Positions 1 through 18,100 of a stretch of 64,000 bases of DNA are shown piece after piece. Under the pieces are notes generated by a model. It ran no database searches, was not told the origin of the DNA, and worked only from the letters and a program-made list of their open reading frames with translations. Every line of letters begins with the position of its first letter. The stretch's first letter is position 1. The stretch spans positions 62,001 through 126,000 of the forward strand of contig NIVC01000176.1 in assembly GCA_002269645.1 (NCBI GenBank), given 5' to 3'. A program made the translations under genes and the position numbers. The DNA comes from Macrostomum lignano (taxonomy: Eukaryota).

Positions 1-75
1 ACAGATTTATATGTATGCATCTATCTATATCAGCGTCCGTCATCACCAGTGGATGGGGATAACGAGATTATAAAT

Positions 76-585
<510 letters not shown>

Positions 586-689
586 CACGTATCTATCTGT
601 CTATCTACCCTTTTACTTCTGCGAGGCAGAACGCAGAACGTTGCCTCTGCGGCTTCTCGGGAGCTCGCATTGCAGGCAGTGTAGGGTTT

Positions 690-990
690 TCACACCCGAT
701 TCCCTGACAGAGAGGACTTTACAGACAGGACACAGTGATCTGTCCTCGCTGTTATACTGCGAAGTTGGTAGAGCACCGCAACTTTTCTCTCGCGTGAATC
801 ACGCTCCCTGCAGTGGCTCTGCTCTTCTGTAGCAGCCATAAAACCTTTGAAGGCGAACTCCCGAGGTGCTTCGCAACCTGTTCGAAGAGTGCAATCTGCT
901 TCCAGCATTCCGACTTCTCGCAATCTTTCCGCGTCTGTCGTCTGTTGAAGCAGTTCTCTCTGCTGAATCACGCCTGTCTGAATACTTCGT
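690..990 (-). mobile_element. Degenerate Tc1/mariner transposase N-terminal (HTH) fragment
   Basis: Minus strand encodes TDAERLREVGMLEADCTLRT..., resembling the paired-like HTH start of Tc1 transposases. Nucleotide-homologous to 40920-41128. Frameshifted. Confidence 0.7.
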
Positions 991-1381
991 TGACATGCGA
1001 TGCCTCTCTATCCGGCCCTCCGGTCCTTTGAGACTTCTCTTCTCTCTCATCTCATCTCACATTTCCTCTCTCCTCTTCTCTCCTCTCCTCTCTCCTATCT
1101 TCTCTTCTCGACCCCATAGTTTACCATGTTACTGTTTAAAATGTTGCCCAGTGTCATCTGATATTGATAATAGATGGAACTAATTCATTCCTACTGAAAT
1201 CTAATGATTAATTTTTACCCTATCTACCATAGACTACTGTGTAATATTTCTTCACACGCAGCGTTACAATATCAAGCAATGTAATTCAAGTCTATATTTC
1301 AAAAACTCATATTTGCGCATCGGCCCGTTCCATCCATCGAATAAGACCGATGCCAGACACCCGAACTCGCCCGGCGCAATC

Positions 1382-4300
1382 ATGATCTCCAGAACTCTGC
1401 TAATGCTATCTTGCGGCTTCGGCCTCCTCATCGGTGGCGGCTTCATAGCGGGCGGCATCTACGGCACCAGCAATCCCGACCTGGTCTCCGACCTGTCCAA
1501 GAAGATCGACCTGAGCGCCGTGCCGCAGGTTGAAAAGATTAAAAACGACGTTGTGACGAAATTGAATGAGTCCGGCATTCTCGCGGTGATCTGGAACACC
1601 TTTCTAATCACTGGCGCCATCGTTGTTTGCATCTGCGGTCTGGGCTTTTTGGCCGCGCTGACAGCTATGAAAATTCTTCTGGTTTTAGTGAGTCTCAGTG
1701 GCAAGTGTTAGGGGATTTTGCGAGTGTTAAGTTTACCGTTATCTTGTTTACGGACAAGACTACTACAGACCTACTATACGATGGTATTGGGACGCAACTG
1801 AAGTGGCTGCAATTTATTATTCAAAACGAATGTGTTCCAAAACTTTTCAGGATCTGTGAACTATAAAGGCACTTCTACCCAACTCTACAGGGACTTCTAA
1901 TCCAACCCTGCAGGGACTTCTCATCCAACCCTGCAGGGACTTCTCATCCAACCCTGCAGGGACTTCTAATCCAACTCTACAGGGACTTCTCATCCATCTC
2001 CAACTCATCCAACTCTACAGGGACTTCTCATCCAACCCTACAGGGACTTCTCATCCAACTCTACAGGGACTTCTCATCCAATTCTACATGGACTTCTAAT
2101 CCAACCCTACATGGACTTCTAATCCAACCCTACAGGGACTTCTATCATCAAACGCTACAGGGATCTCACCCAACCCTACAGAGATCTCACCCAACCCTAC
2201 AGAGATCTCACCCAACCCTACAGAGAACTCACCCAACCCTACAGAGATCTCACCCAACCCTACAGAGATCTCACCCAACCCTACAGAGATCTCACCCAAC
2301 CCTACAGAGATCTCACCCAACCCTACAGAGATCTCACCCAACCCTACAGAGATCTCACCCAACCCTACAGAGATCTCACCCAACCCTACAGTGTGTCTTC
2401 ACCTAGACTCACATACAAAATGATTTTAAATCATTTATTTTATTTTAACAAATATCCCGTACTCAAACTTCAGTACATTTTGGCTCAAGGCCTAATGCTG
2501 ACTCTGTTCGTAGTCATTTTCCTGCTACTGTTGGACGAAGATTCAATTATTGGCCGAAAGCTGACGGACAAAATGGTCGAGGCTCAGGAGAGGAAGTTCT
2601 ACTCTGTTGTTGACCTACTGAATAACAAAGCCAGCGATGGGGCCTTCGTTACCGTGTTAATCAATGTGCTGCAAGTTATGGTGAGCTCTGTGCACTAATA
2701 ATAATAACAATAATAACTGATTACACCTGCCCTAATGGGCCAGATGGGCCGCTATTGCGCGGCGCATCTGAAGGTTGCATACGGCTGTTCAGTCTAAGGA
2801 CTGGGGGGTCGCCACACACAGCCTCAATTACCCCAGCTAATGCTGGCACCCATTTTACAGCTGGGTGAACTGAAGCAATGCAGAGTTAAGTGTCTTGCTC
2901 AAGGACACAAATTGTTGGGGAGTGGGTCGAGAATCAAACCTCCGACCTTGCAGTCGTAAGCATCGTTTAATTTCCAATGTAAACGTATTTTGTTAATATT
3001 TGTTATTCTGCATAGCGCAGAATACCAGTCTTCATCAGTTAAACATTTCTTGCGAGTTGCGCCTCCAGAACAGGCGCAATGCATAGAAGCTGGCCGTCAT
3101 TAGCGTGAATCGCACGAAATGGTCTTTTTGAAGCATTTGAAAACAAAGCGTTATCTACTACAATCCACGTAGGTGTAGCAATACAATTCTCGTCTGTTTT
3201 TACTGACTCAAAATCACTTTGCAGATTGGCTGTTGCGGCGCCCGCGAGGTCGGCGACATTCGAAACAGTTCCAGTTGGCAATCCTCCAACCGTGGCCTTG
3301 CCGAGCTGCTTAAATTGGACAAAAACAACTCTAAAGACGAGAGCTCGGGCATTTCCGGCATGTTTAAAGGCGTCATGAGCGATGATACCGGGAAGAGTTC
3401 GACTAGCACTGTGCCAGACTGGCTAAAGTGAGTTGCCTGCGAGAATGAGTAAGAGGTCAAGTGAGTAGGTTTGAGTAGTGAGGCGCGAATGACAGGTGAC
3501 AAAGCTTCTGCCTTGTCAGTAGTTGGTCTGGTTCCCAGCGTCCGCTAGGATCGTTCTGTGAGGTCAGTCCTGCAGTCCGAGGCCCTGTTGAGTAGTGAGT
3601 GACTTCGTGACTTCGAGCAATCTAGTGCCCCACTTCGGGGCGCTCAATAAGCAAGGAGCAAAAATGATTCATGCAATCCATTAAAAAAGCACATTTTCTT
3701 AAGAACCAATTGCTTCTTCAGTTTTATAAATCACTTTATTCAAGTAAAATTGTTACGGACAAAGATGCTTGCTATGAATCTCTTCCTTCTAAAAGTAATA
3801 ATCTTGCTTCTAAAAGTAATAAACAGACACAAAAAATATAGCCCTCACAAAGATAACAGGCATTCCCTCTAAATCGAAAGCATCCCCCAAGTCCGCAAGC
3901 ATCCCCCCCCCCCCAGATATCAAGCATCCCCAAAAAGCAAGCATCCCCTAGATAGCAAGCATCCCCCAGATAGCAAGCATCCCCCAGATAGCAAGCATCC
4001 CCCAGATAGCAAGCATCCCCCAAATAGCAAGCATCCCCCAGATAGCAAGCATCCCCCAGATAGCAAGCATCCCCCCCAGATAGCAAGCATCCCCCAGATA
4101 GCAAGCATCCCTAGATAGCAAGCATCCCCTAAATCGTGAATTGGTGAGTTCGTGAGTGACTGCCATAGTGAATGAAATCTATACTCGTAGTCAACAGTGA
4201 CACCCGGGTGGTTCATGGGTGAGTTTATCACACAGCCGGCACCCGGAACCCGCAGGAACCGCATCCCGCCCGGAGCCACGCTGCCCCCGAATGTGAACTT

Positions 4301-7300
4301 GCCCGACAAGATTCCAGACGGCCTGGTGATCCCTAAAGATTTCAACATCACAGACTTGAACATTTTAAAAAATGTCTCGGCTATTCGACAGTTCTTCGAG
4401 GACACCCTGGTGCTGCTGACGCCCATCTCGTGCTGCCAGTTTAAGGACCAGGTGAGGCCCTTGACCTACGATTAACGTCAGGGGTCGGCAAACTCCGGCC
4501 CGCGGGTCAAACTTGGCCCACGAGGCCTCTCTATACGGGTATTTTGAAACTTCACAATAGCAATCTGTCTCGCTCAAGGCTTATGTCTCTTCTCAGCTCT
4601 TTTTCTCTTCTCTGCTCTCTTCTCTCCACGTCTTTCGTCTCCTCTCTCCCTGCTCCTCCTCTCTCCCCGCTCCTCTCTCCCCGCTCCTCTCTCCCCGCTC
4701 CTCCCTGCCCGCTCTTCTCTCCCAGCTACTCTCTCCCCGCTACTCTCTCCCCGCTACTCTCTCTCCGCTCCTCTCTCCCCGCTCCTCTCTCCCCGCTACT
4801 CTCTCCCCGCTACTCTCTCCCCGCTCCTCTCTCTCCGCTACTCTCTCCCCGCTACTCTCTCTCCGCTCCTCTCTCCCCGCTCCTCTCTCCCCGCTACTCT
4901 CTCCCCGCTAATCTCTCCCCGCTCCTCTCTCTCCGCTCCTCTCTCCCCGCTCCTCTCTCCCCGCTCCTCTCTCCCTGCTACTCTCTCCCCGCTCCTCTCT
5001 CTCCGCTCCTCTCTCCCCGCTCCTCTCTCCCCGCTACTCTCTACCCGCTCCTCTCTCCCCGCTCCTCTCTCCCCGCTACTCTCTACCCGCTCCTCTCTCC
5101 CCGCTCCTCTCTCCCCGCTCCTCTCTCCCCGCTACTCTCTCCCCGCTCCTCTCTCCCCGCTCCTCTCTCCCCGCTACTCTCTACCCGCTCCTCTCTACCC
5201 GCTCCTCTCTCCCTGCTCCTCTCTCCCTGCTCCTCTCTCCCTGCTCGTCTCTCCCCGCTACTCTCTCCCCGCTCCTCTCTTATCTTTCCACTCTCTTCTC
5301 TCTTCTCTCCTCTCTCTTCTTTCCCCTCTTCTCTTCCCCTCTCCTCTCTCTCTCACCTCCTCTTATCTTATCTTTTCTCTTTTCTCTTCTCTCATCCCGT
5401 CTCTCATTTCTCCTCTTATCTCCTACATGTATTTCTCATCATCTATTCCCTCTCCTTTCCTCTATCATCTGGCCCTTGAGACAAAGACTGCTAAAACGAT
5501 TGCTATTTGTGAAGTTTCCAAAGGACCCGAGAACCGGATATAGAGGCTTCGCGAGCCGGAGTTTGCCGACCCCAGGCATGTATAATCTTAGTTGGCTTGA
5601 GTAATGTGTCCCAGAAAATCAGTATGGTTATACTGATGCAAGCTAAGCACTAATTTAACGGAAACTATTCTCACACAGGAGGCGATCTTCAAGCTCAAAC
5701 CGAAAGAACTCGTGGCGAACATGAAAGATCCGGACTGTCCGTTCTCTCCGCACAATGGCCCCGGAGTTCACACACAGGTGAGAGCTCATGAAAGAGTATT
5801 GTGTGTCTAGGATATACAGTCCTAGCCCTGCTGTGATTGGGTAGCCGCTCTGAGCTCTAGCACACCCTGCTAGCTGTGATTGGGTAGCAGCTCTGAGCCG
5901 GTATCATTGTAATCATTAAAAAGTACATCTCGATTTACTTTATTGTTTTGCAGACCTGCTACAAGAAGATCGTTCAAATTCTTAAGGGCTATTCTGCCGC
6001 GATCCTCATTGCTGGGGTGATCATCGGCCTGTTTATGGTAAAGCTGCTGAATGAAGCTTCATGCCAACCTGCCTTTTGCGAGTAGTTCAGGGGCCGGCAA
6101 GCTCCGGGCCGCAAAGCTTCTCTCTCCCCCTCTCTCTCCTCCTCTCTCTCTCCTCCTCTCTCTCTCCTTCTCTCTCTCTCCTCTTCTCTCCACCCTCTCT
6201 CTCTCCTCTCTCTCTCTCCTCCTCTCTCTCTCCTCCTCTCTCTCTCCTTCTCTCACTCTCCTCCTCTCTCTCTCCTTCTCTCTCTCTACTCTTCTCTCCC
6301 CCCTTTCTCTCCTCCTCTCTCTCCTCCTCTCTCTCTCCTTCTCTCTCTCTCCTCCTCTCTCTCTCCTTCTCTCTCTCTCCTCCTCTCTCTCTCCTCCTCT
6401 CTCTCCTCCTCTCTCTCTCCTTCTCTCTCTCACCTCCTCTTATCTTATCTTTTCTCTTTTCTCTTCTCTCATCCCGTCTCTCATTTCTCCTCTTATCTCC
6501 TACATGTATTTCTCATCATCTATTCCCTCTCCTTTCCTCTATCATCTGGCCCTTGAGACAAAGACTGCTAAAACGATTGCTATTTGTGAAGTTTCCAAAG
6601 GACCCGAGAACCGGATATAGAGGCTTCGCGAGCCGGAGTTTGCCGACCCCAGGCATGTATAATCTTAGTTGGCTTGAGTAATGTGTCCCAGAAAATCAGT
6701 ATGGTTATACTGATGCAAGCTAAGCACTAATTTAACGGAAACTATTCTCACACAGGAGGCGATCTTCAAGCTCAAACCGAAAGAACTCGTGGCGAACATG
6801 AAAGATCCGGACTGTCCGTTCTCTCCGCACAATGGCCCCGGAGTTCACACACAGGTGAGAGCTCATGAAAGAGTATTGTGTGTCTAGGATATACAGTCCT
6901 AGCCCTGCTGTGATTGGGTAGCCGCTCTGAGCTCTAGCACACCCTGCTAGCTGTGATTGGGTAGCAGCTCTGAGCCGGTATCATTGTAATCATTAAAAAG
7001 TACATCTCGATTTACTTTATTGTTTTGCAGACCTGCTACAAGAAGATCGTTCAAATTCTTAAGGGCTATTCTGCCGCGATCCTCATTGCTGGGGTGATCA
7101 TCGGCCTGTTTATGGTAAAGCTGCTGAATGAAGCTTCATGCCAACCTGCCTTTTGCGAGTAGTTCAGGGGCCGGCAAGCTCCGGGCCGCAAAGCTTCTCT
7201 CTCCCCCTCTCTCTCCTCCTCTCTCTCTCCTCCTCTCTCTCTCCTTCTCTCTCTCTCCTCTTCTCTCCACCCTCTCTCTCTCCTCCTCTCTCTCTCCTCC

Positions 7301-8413
7301 TCTCTCTCTCCTCCTCTCTCTCTCCTTCTCTCACTCTCCTCCTCTCTCTCTCCTTCTCTCTCTCTACTCTTCTCTCCCCCCTTTCTCTCCTCCTCTCTCT
7401 CCTCCTCTCTCTCTCCTTCTCTCTCTCTCCTCCTCTCTCTCTCCTTCTCTCTCTCTCCTCCTCTCTCTCTCCTCTCTCTCTCCTCCTCTCTCTCTCCTTC
7501 TCTCTCTCTCCTCCTCTCTCTCTCCTTCTCTCTCTCTCCTCCTCTCTCTCTCCTTCTCTCTCTCTCTACTCTTTTCTCCCCCCTCTCTCTCTCCTCCTCT
7601 CTCTCTCCTCCTCTCTCTCTCCTTCTCTCTCTCTCCTCTTCTCTCCCTCCTCCTCTCTCTCTTCTCCTCTTCTCTCTCTCCTCTTCTCTCTCTCCTCCTC
7701 TCTCTCTCCTCATCTCTCTCTCCTCTTCTCTCTCTCCTCCTCTCTCTCTCCTCCTCTCTCTCTCCTCCTCTCTCTCTCCTCCTCTCTCTCCTCCTCTCTC
7801 TCTCCTCCTCCTCCTCTCTCTCCTCCTCCTCTCTCTCCTCCTCCTCTCTCCTCCTCTCTCTCTTCTCCTCTGTCTCTCCTCCGCTCTCACGTCCTCTCCC
7901 ATATTCTCTTTCTCTTCTTCCCTCTCCTCTCTTCTACTGCATCTCCACTCTCTCCCCTCTGCTCTCTCCTCTCTCCCCTCTCCGCTCCCCCATCTCCTCT
8001 CTCCCCTCTGCTCTCTCCCCTCTCCTCTCTCCCCTCTCCTTTTTATCCTCTCCCCCATCTCCTCCCTTTCCCTTTACCTTTTCTATTTCTCCTCTCTCCG
8101 CTCTTCTATCCTCTTATCTTCCTATTTTTTCTCTTATCCCGTCCCTCGCCTCTTATGCCTTTTATCTTTTATCCTCCATTCCCTCTCCTTTCTACTCTCA
8201 TCACACTCGCAGCCATGCGCTGGATTCCTTATCTGGTTATTGATGTGAAAAAAACTTACCAACCCCTAATACAGCAAATTCGTTTGCATTGACGGCGTTT
8301 TTTTAGAAGAAAACATCGTTTTACTACTGTTAAGTAGAAATTTGGAACTCCATTTTTTCAACTTTCAGTCGTGCAACCTCAGCCTGGCATTCAGTGTCCT
8401 ATTCTGCGGCTAA
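1382..8413 (+). CDS. Tetraspanin-family protein (~379 aa without the duplicated exons), unusually large extracellular loops
   Basis: Exons 1382-1687, 2474-2680, 3225-3427, 4256-4451, 5679-5777, 5954-6037, [duplicates 6756-6854, 7031-7114], 8369-8413; GT-AG with matching phases. Four hydrophobic segments, CCG motif (IGCCG), PxSCC (PISCC), plus DCP and TCY cysteines. The last exon (SCNLSLAFSVLFCG*) is the least certain. Confidence 0.85.
1880..2391. repeat. 21-23 bp minisatellite (gagatctcacccaaccctaca / gggacttctcatccaaccctaca) in tetraspanin intron 1
   Basis: Tandem copies read directly; two unit variants in succession. Confidence 0.95.
2697..2985 (-). mobile_element. tRNA-derived SINE with CORE-like central domain and (TTA)n tail
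   Basis: Minus strand has B-box-like GGTTTGATTC, then TGTGTCCTTGAGCAAGACACTTAAC...CAGCTGTAAAATGGG (resembles the MIR/CORE consensus), ending in (TTA)n at 2697-2716. Confidence 0.75.
3878..4130. repeat. 18 bp minisatellite (gcatcccccagatagcaa) in tetraspanin intron 3
   Basis: About 13 tandem copies. Confidence 0.95.
4479..5575. mobile_element. hAT-type MITE (copy A) with CT-rich tandem interior
   Basis: Left end CAGGGGTCGGCAAACTCCGG and right end CCGGAGTTTGCCGACCCCAG; imperfect inverted similarity extends ~90 bp (gaaacttcaca-atagcaatc). No 8-bp TSD retained. Confidence 0.75.
5345..7300 (+). repeat. 1077-bp direct tandem duplication containing tetraspanin exons 5 and 6
   Basis: The unique sequence at ~5345-6200 recurs at +1077 (exon 5 at 5679 and 6756; exon 6 at 5954 and 7031) with no differences seen by eye in the exons and unique intron sequence. 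Confidence 0.95.
6088..6652. mobile_element. Chimeric hAT-type MITE at the duplication junction (left end of copy B, right end of copy A)
   Basis: Starts CAGGGGCCGGCAAGCTCCGG (as at 7165) and ends GGAGTTTGCCGACCCCAG (as at 5575). Confidence 0.7.
7165..8268. mobile_element. hAT-type MITE (copy B) with CT-rich interior
   Basis: Left end CAGGGGCCGGCAAGCTCC; right end AAAAAACTTACCAACCCCTA. Both ends are homologous, in reverse orientation, to the element at 50594-50916. Confidence 0.65.
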
Positions 8414-8719
8414 ACAAGCTGGTCTGTCTCAGATTGACGAGAAAATTATATAACTCGGGTTTTTAACACTTTCTTTCTGGCATGTTGAATTGGTATTTTT
8501 TGTACGGTGGCAACCTTCTGAGTTTAATGATCCGCTTCTTGAATGGAAATTTGCACACACCTGAAGAGTTTACGTACTAAAACACTGTTTTAAATAAACA
8601 CTCCATTCTAATAGCTCTTGCTCATCGGGAACTGGTGTGCAAACGGTCACAGTTTAAAGTACAGTGGATAGGGCACGCAATTTGCTGTACTTTTTCAATG
8701 CTGCTGCGCCACTCATTTT

Positions 8720-9290
8720 GTCTCCTCTCCTCTCCTCCCTTTCCTCTCCTCTCCTCTCCTCCCTTTCCTCTCCTCTCCTCTCCTCTCCTCTCCTCTCCTC
8801 TCCTCTCCTCTCCTCTCCTCTCCTCTCCTCTCCTCTCCTCTCCTCTCCTCTCCTCTCCTCTCCTCTCCTCTCCTCTCCTCTCCTCTCCTTTCCTCTCCTC
8901 TCCTCTCCTCTCCTCTCCTCTCCTCTCCTCTCCTCTCCTCTCCTCTCCTCTCCTCTCCTCTCCTCTCCTCTCCTCTCCTCTCCTCTCCTCTCCTCTCCTC
9001 TCCTCTCCTCTCCTCTCCTCTCCTCTCCTCTCCTCTCCTCTCCTCTCCTCTCCTCTCCTCTCCTCTTTTTCCTCTCCTCTCCTCTCCTCTCCTCTTTTTC
9101 CTCTCCTCTCCTCTCCTCTCCTCTCCTCTCCTCTCCTCTCCTCTCCTCTCCTCTCCTCTCCTCTCCTCTCCTCTCCTCTCCTCTCCTCTCCTCTCCTCTC
9201 CTCTCCTCTCCTCTCCTCTCCTCTCCTCTCCTCTCCTCTCCTCTCCTCTCCTCTCCTCTCCTCTCCTCTCCTCTCCTCTCCTCTCCTCCT
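8720..9290. repeat. (CTCCT)n microsatellite
   Basis: Near-pure pentamer run; source of the LSSPL/RGEER ORFs. Confidence 0.98.
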
Positions 9291-10086
9291 CTAATTTCAT
9301 GCCTCATCTCATCTTATGTCCTCTCATGTCATATTATGTTATCAAATGAAACCCTTTTTGTCTCGGCTGAGCTCGTATAATGTAACGTTTGTCATGCCAT
9401 GTCGTGTCAGCTTACTGAATTATTCTTTACTCTTGTCTCTTCTGTTTTCATTCGCATACTCAATTGCATGGTTGATGAAAAAGCTTTTCAGCATCCTTGC
9501 AGAACCAATCGTTTTGTAATTAATAATTAAATTCGGAAGCAAATTGAAGTCAGCAAAAAATGGAACAGAAAAAAATGATAGTCCAATTTGGACTCAACAA
9601 TGAACCCTATGACTCAAGCAAGTTTTGGCAAGCAGTTTTTATACATGGCAACAGATGCATATGGTAGCCATATTTTTTAACAGATGCCTACTAGGCATAT
9701 TTTTAACAAATTTGGAAGATGCACTAAATACTGATGTTTAAACTTGGAATCAAGTAAAATATGAATTCAAGCATAAATGATGCGTAGACTTAATAGTCCC
9801 AAAATGGAGGTGGTTGTAAAATGTCGGATTTGTTAAATGTCGGTCTTGCATAGTGTCGGTGAACCCGGCCCCTTATCCGACCCGCAATAAAAACTGGATT
9901 ACAGGGATTATAGTCGTTTCTTACCTGCTTCCAGTTGAAATGAATAGCTAACCTATAGCGATTGCATTGAGCAGCAAAATAAACTGGACTTGATGAGAAC
10001 TAAATCTAGCATGCCAAAAGCAAATTAAAATTAATGAAAACTGTCCTATTGCAGATTTTTCAGGTGTAGTTGCATAAATTTGCAAT

Positions 10087-15173
<5,087 letters not shown>

Positions 15174-18100
15174 TCGGCAGAATCTCTCTCTTTCTTTCTC
15201 TCTCAGCTGCGACGTCGGCCGTTCGCTTGAACTGGGACGCGCAGCAGTTGCGTGTTGACGATTGCTCCTTAATTACCGAATATAATATTGTAAAGAAAAG
15301 GCGCTAGCCAGCCTCTGTCGACCAAATTACGCGTTTTTTTGCTCTCCTATTTTCTTTTCTTACAGCGTTCAAAAATATGGCAGCCGCGGCCACTCAGAGA
15401 GCGCTGGCAGCGACGATTTTCTTACCCAGCAGCAGCCGAGAGCCAAGCTTTTTTTGGTGGGGAAGGGGGCTGCGGCGGCCAACCCCGCCCCCTCAGCCAG
15501 GGCTATTATTATTTGGAACTGCAGTGCAGAGTGGGCTGAATGGAGTCGGCGCAATTATGAATGAATGAATGAAGTAGCGCGCTGCTTTGGTTGCATGGCG
15601 AAGAGGACAGAAGAAATTCAAGTAAAGAATATGAGTAGAATATGGCACCGCAGTGTGGGCTGCAGAACTCTTACGATTATCGCTAATATTAAATGCTACG
15701 GCACATGTGCCCTATATGCTGGATGTATAAAAATTCTGTTTGAGTGCAGGCTGAGTTCTTTGAGGTGAACAAGTCCCACCCCGCCATCCAGCTGCCATCA
15801 TCTCAGCTAGTACCTGTCAGCTGTTATTATATAGTAATAGCTATATTACGAGTATACAAGCTTGCGGCAGCGCAAAAGGCATAATATGAATCATTGTAAT
15901 TTGAGAGCCTCGCTTGGTGTGAATGAAGTTGCCTTCAAAGTGGACGAACATTTCTGCCGGCTAAAGGGAACTATTTTTGGGGATACCATATCGAATTTGC
16001 TTCGCATTTATAAGGTTTCTGGTTTCTGTTAGTTCTGCTAACGTTGTTACGAATCAACACTTATTGTAGCAAATGCTGCGCACGCTGCATGCTGCATCTT
16101 ATAGTTTTGAGGTCTTAAATCATCTTTGGTATCTGGTTTCACTCAAACAACAATTCTATACAACTCACTTCATGTTGTCTTTATATGCGAACAGAACAGA
16201 GAATTCACTGTATACGCGCAGAACTCTACTTGTAAATTCAACTTTCCCACAGCGCGTACATATGTTACATGTATGCAGAACACGCAGGACCATTTTGCAG
16301 CTCGAGCAAATTTGTTATTTTGAAAAGCTATAAATGGGCACCACAGCCTGATTCTGCCAGAAAAGGAAAGCATCTGAAATTCTGTACACTGTAAGTTATC
16401 CAGTATTGATCAACTACACTGTACAGCAGGCAATTTTTTATTACTCGTATGGGACGTACTGTACGTCGTACAGTACACTGCAGGATGTATGTTTAGCATG
16501 TAATATGTTTATTACGAGTACATGAGTAAAATATATAGAGTAGTAGCTTACATAATAAAATAATATTTTAATTTACATGTTGTACCGTGCGCTCTACATG
16601 TACATGTAATAGTTAACGGCAAAACCGCGTGCATTAAACAAAAAGTTAACAATTTAATCTTAGATCTAGTTGCTCATGGTTAATTGCTTTACTTTGTTGT
16701 ACATTACAGCTAACAACAAATCGACGCGTATTTCGAAGAAAACATCGTCAGCCGCTTCGACGTCATGCGGCATTGATAAACAAGGAAGTTATACTTTTGC
16801 ATTACGCGACGTCTCTATAATATAATAACGTAATTTTTAATTCATTCTTCTACAAATTCTTCTACAAATTCTACAAAACAGTATACGTAATTTTTAATTA
16901 CGTTATTTTTACGTTATTGTATTTTTAATAATGCCCTGAGACGTATCCAACTTAATAACTATATGATCCCCTAACAAGCTCGATTCTACAAAATTCGTGA
17001 ATAAAAAATAATTACTGGATCGAATCGTTTCATAATTCACTTTTCATGAATTTTTCGGTTCAAATTTTTGGTCCTAAAATTAAAATTACATGTAAAAGCA
17101 AAGGAAAAAGGGTTTGCGTGCTCTTATATTTTATGTATAGTGTCATTAGGCGTTGTTAAAGACACTTTAGTCTCACTAAAAGTACTATAATTAAATCTAC
17201 ATCCTGTGATTCTAGCCGCAGCCACTCAATTACAGACACATGTACATGTATTATGGCTGGTTTGCATACCAGCCATACCGCCTGGTTGCATACCGCCTGG
17301 CCCTGCAGGGTCAAATTAGTACAGACGACAGCCATAAGTAGCATGCTTCGCAAGTACTTTTTAAAGTATAGACTGATTACGAAATAAAAAAATTGCCTTT
17401 GGCATTGAAGGCATCAACTATCCATATGTACCCGTATACAGACGACAACAAGCACATTTGAGCTCTGCAGGTTAGTTTGCTCGTGACATCGTAAGTTTTC
17501 GTGAATGACAATTATTTAAATATTTCGTTTCGGAGAAAATCTAAGTTGAATGAATTAATTAACAACTAACAAAAAATAAATAAATTATTTATAGGCTATA
17601 GCCATAGGCCTACAAAACAGTGGAAGGCAAGACTACTAACACATTTTATTCGTTTGGGACTCTGAGTCATTTTAAAACTGAATACAGTTAATTAAACCAC
17701 GTAGCTTTAGTTCAAGCAAAACTAGCATTTGACATTGAAATGAGTTGAATTTTAAGAAATGAATTATTATAGCTAACGTAACTGTAATGAATAATAATTG
17801 GGTTTTGGCTATAGGTATACTTAGAGTATAGGCAAACTATGGCTTTTAAATTAATATATTTCTTTAGCTCAAGCTGCAATATAAAAACAGCTTTTTGTGT
17901 TTTTAGCTGCTATTATTTTATATTATAGTATTTTTGGTCTAGTCTACTTAATAATATGCAAGTCAAAAAACTATATATACATAGACCTATAGCAGCTGCA
18001 GCTTGCAGTAAACTGCTACTAATTCTTGGACATCGATAGGCCTAACAACCAATTTAATTGTTAGAGCAACAATTTAATGCTTTTAAAGGGGATAGAGTAG

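Noticed and set aside
4544-9380. Ser/Leu/Pro-rich and Arg/Glu-rich ORFs of 200-380 aa
   Set aside because: Read-through of CT-rich intronic or intergenic repeats; no domain content.
15339-15768. Short ORFs in the GC-rich region upstream of Nck
   Set aside because: No recognisable domain or convincing splice partners; more likely promoter or 5' UTR DNA.
16456-16476. Perfect 10-bp inverted repeat GTACTGTACG-T-CGTACAGTAC
   Set aside because: Isolated and short, in a GTAC-rich stretch; no supporting context.
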